A stretch of 64,000 bases of DNA from assembly GCA_050250415.1 (NCBI GenBank), contig JBFWOO010000004.1:149766-213765 (forward strand). Reading direction: 5' to 3'. A program made the translations under genes and the position numbers. This document shows positions 62,069 to 64,000 of this stretch, one piece after another (within the stretch, counting starts at the first letter, position 1; each line of letters begins with the position of its first letter). This stretch comes from Dehalococcoidia bacterium. Its GTDB lineage: Bacteria > Chloroflexota > Dehalococcoidia > UBA2979. A model generated the notes under the pieces. The model did no database searches and was not told the DNA's origin. It was given only the letters and a program-made list of their open reading frames with translations.

Positions 62069-64000
62069 CTAGCCCCGGGCGGCGATCGCGGCCTGCACCG
62101 CCTGCGCGATCAGCGAGGCGAAGGCGGTGCCGCCTGACGGCGTGAGGTGGACGCCGTCCGCGCCGAAGTAGTCGCCGACCCCCGTGCTGGCGGAGTGCCA
62201 GTCGATGATCCCGAAGCCGTGGGACGCGGCCTGGCGCTCCAGGGAGCCATTGACTTCGCCCTCCCAGCGCCGGGGCACCGTCACGTTCACGAAGAGCACC
62301 GTCCGGTCGCCGAGCGCTGCCATGAGCTCCCCGAACTGGCCGTCGGTGAAGGTGCCGTTCGCGCCGAGGCTCAGGACGACCACGTCTCCGAGCGCACCCT
62401 GCGCCTCCAGCGCGCTGATGACCTCGGTCGCGGTCCAGAACTGGCGTCCCACCTCGGCGTCGATCACGGCGCCGGGCAGCGCGGCCTGAAGCGCCCCCAG
62501 GGCGCCGAGGGCGACCGAGTCCCCGATCACCGTCACGGACGCGCCGAGGCTGTCCGCGTTCGGGGTCGTGCTCGGCGATGCGGAGGTGAGCCCACCGTCG
62601 ACGTTGCCGGAGGAGGCGGAGGCGGCTGACGACGGGCCAAGGTCAGCGGGCGTCGGCTCGGGCGCGACGTCCTCGGCGCCCGGCGTGGCCGGTGCGGTCG
62701 AACCCGGCGTGCTCGCGTCTGCGGAAGCGGCGCGGGACGGGGCAGGGGCCAGTGTGGCCGTCGGACTGGCGGTGGACGTCGAGGGCGTATCGGTCGGCGT
62801 GCCGGCGGTGCTGATGGGCCGCGGCGTCCGCGTCGGGCCGGCGACCAGGTCGCTCGCCGGCGCGTCGGACGCGCTCGCGCTCACCTGCTGCTCGATCGCG
62901 GCGAGGTCGTCCGCGAGGCCGATCCGGAGCGGGAGTCCTCCCGCGGCCACGATTGCGACGAGCCCCACGGCCAGGACGCCGGCCGGACGCGCCCAGGGCC
63001 GCTGGAGGTACGGGCCGTCACCCAGCTCGAACGCCGGGAGCCGCCAGCCGGTGCGGCCGCGGAAGCTGTTCTCCACCAGGCGGTAGGAGAGCTCGGCCAG
63101 GATCAGCGTGGCGCCGAGGCGTGCGGCCAGCAGCGAGTAGGACTGGAGGTCGGCGCTGAGCTGCGGCTGGCTCAGCACGAACACCGGCCAGTGCCAGAGG
63201 TAGATCGAGTAGGAGCGTTCCCCCAGCCAGCGGAGCGCCGGCCGCGAGAGCGTCCACGCGACGGTGTTGCGGCCATGCAGGGCGCCGACCATGACCAGCA
63301 CGGTCGCCGTCGAGGCGAGGAAGAAGCCGCCGCGGTAGATGAACGGGTCGAACTCGCTCGTACGGAGCGTGAGGAAGGCGAGGGCGGCCACGCCAGCCCA
63401 CCCGACAACCTCGACGGCCGGGCGCGGGATCCGCGCCGCGAGCGCCGGCCGGAGGACGATCGCGAGGGCCGCGCCGAGCAGCAGGCCCGCCACGCGGGCG
63501 TCCGTCCCGTAGTACGCGCGCGAGGGGTCCGTCTCAGGGCTGTAGAGGCCGGCGACGACGAGCGTGCTGATCGCGGCGAGCGAGACCGCGAGCGCGAACG
63601 CCGCGAGACGGCCGCCGAACTTCAGCGCGCCGATGAGCAGAATCGGCCAGACGACGTAGAACTGCGCCTCGACCGCCAGCGACCAGAAGTGGAGGAACGG
63701 GGACGGTGAGGTGATCGTCTCGAAGTAGGACTGGTCGCGCACGAGGAAGAACCAGTTGCCGACGTAGCCGAGGGAGGCGAGCGCCTCCGCGGTCAGGTCA
63801 CCGATGCTGCGGACGCCGAGCGCCGCATAGACGACCCAGGTGAGGGTCGCGGCGGCCACGGCCGCCGGGACGAGCCGGCGCACGCGCCGGCGCCAGAACT
63901 CGCGGGTCTCGTCGCCGTCCGGGATCGGCACGCCGCCGTCCTGCGTGCGGGCGCGGGCGAGGAAGAGCACCGTGACCAGGTAGCCGGAAATGACGAAGAA
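62069..64000 (-). CDS. acyltransferase-3 family membrane O-acyltransferase fused to a C-terminal SGNH/GDSL hydrolase domain (5' end beyond the window)
   Basis: The reading frame continues to the right edge (FFVISGYLVTVLFLARA... acyltransferase_3 motif). Polytopic region, Ala/Pro/Ser/Thr linker, and C-terminal VTVIGDSVALG ... SLGANG ... DGVHLT SGNH blocks. Confidence 0.85.
   Translation of the reverse strand, partial: FFVISGYLVTVLFLARARTQDGGVPIPDGDETREFWRRRVRRLVPAAVAAATLTWVVYAALGVRSIGDLTAEALASLGYVGNWFFLVRDQSYFETITSPSPFLHFWSLAVEAQFYVVWPILLIGALKFGGRLAAFALAVSLAAISTLVVAGLYSPETDPSRAYYGTDARVAGLLLGAALAIVLRPALAARIPRPAVEVVGWAGVAALAFLTLRTSEFDPFIYRGGFFLASTATVLVMVGALHGRNTVAWTLSRPALRWLGERSYSIYLWHWPVFVLSQPQLSADLQSYSLLAARLGATLILAELSYRLVENSFRGRTGWRLPAFELGDGPYLQRPWARPAGVLAVGLVAIVAAGGLPLRIGLADDLAAIEQQVSASASDAPASDLVAGPTRTPRPISTAGTPTDTPSTSTASPTATLAPAPSRAASADASTPGSTAPATPGAEDVAPEPTPADLGPSSAASASSGNVDGGLTSASPSTTPNADSLGASVTVIGDSVALGALGALQAALPGAVIDAEVGRQFWTATEVISALEAQGALGDVVVLSLGANGTFTDGQFGELMAALGDRTVLFVNVTVPRRWEGEVNGSLERQAASHGFGIIDWHSASTGVGDYFGADGVHLTPSGGTAFASLIAQAVQAAIAARG

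Overview
This is a high-GC (about 70%), gene-dense bacterial chromosomal segment. The family content (F420-dependent LLM and DDN-like enzymes, PAC2, Eis-like GNAT, DUF2332, CcdA) suggests an Actinomycetota- or Chloroflexota-like organism, but I cannot assign a taxon without a search. Most of the window is core housekeeping. It holds a pyrR-pyrB-pyrC-carA pyrimidine operon with a recognisable PyrR binding loop and attenuator. There are seven single tRNA genes, all encoding the 3' CCA: Asn-GTT, Gln-TTG, Leu-CAA, Gly-GCC, Glu-TTC, Glu-CTC. coaE, panB-panC and a malic enzyme are present. DNA repair and recombination genes are unusually concentrated: polA, mutM, yebC-ruvC-ruvA, uvrB, mutS, mutL. 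No transposase, integrase, phage gene, CRISPR array or rRNA was seen. Seven items deserve a second look. (1) A single ORF looks like a circularly permuted CcdA/DsbD-core thiol-disulfide transporter, with the TM4-6 half ahead of the TM1-3 half. (2) A five-gene operon encodes a 1124-aa double-FtsX permease, two different ABC ATPases (one with an AbrB/SpoVT-like tail), a tandem Dabb-like protein and a membrane-anchored thermonuclease; the last four genes are joined by 4-nt overlaps. (3) ruvA overlaps a membrane diguanylate cyclase by 4 nt where ruvB is normally found. (4) About 590 bp of hairpin-rich non-coding sequence lies upstream of mutS. (5) mutS carries an in-frame 3 x 15-bp Gly-rich tandem repeat just before its Walker A motif. 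(6) A DDN-like F420 gene has a single-base frameshift. (7) An alpha/beta hydrolase has Gly at the nucleophile position. The many long Arg/Ala/Pro/Gly-rich ORFs antisense to recognisable genes are treated as high-GC artefacts. Start codons were often moved inward from the ORF track (GTG/TTG starts are common), so they are less certain than stop codons.
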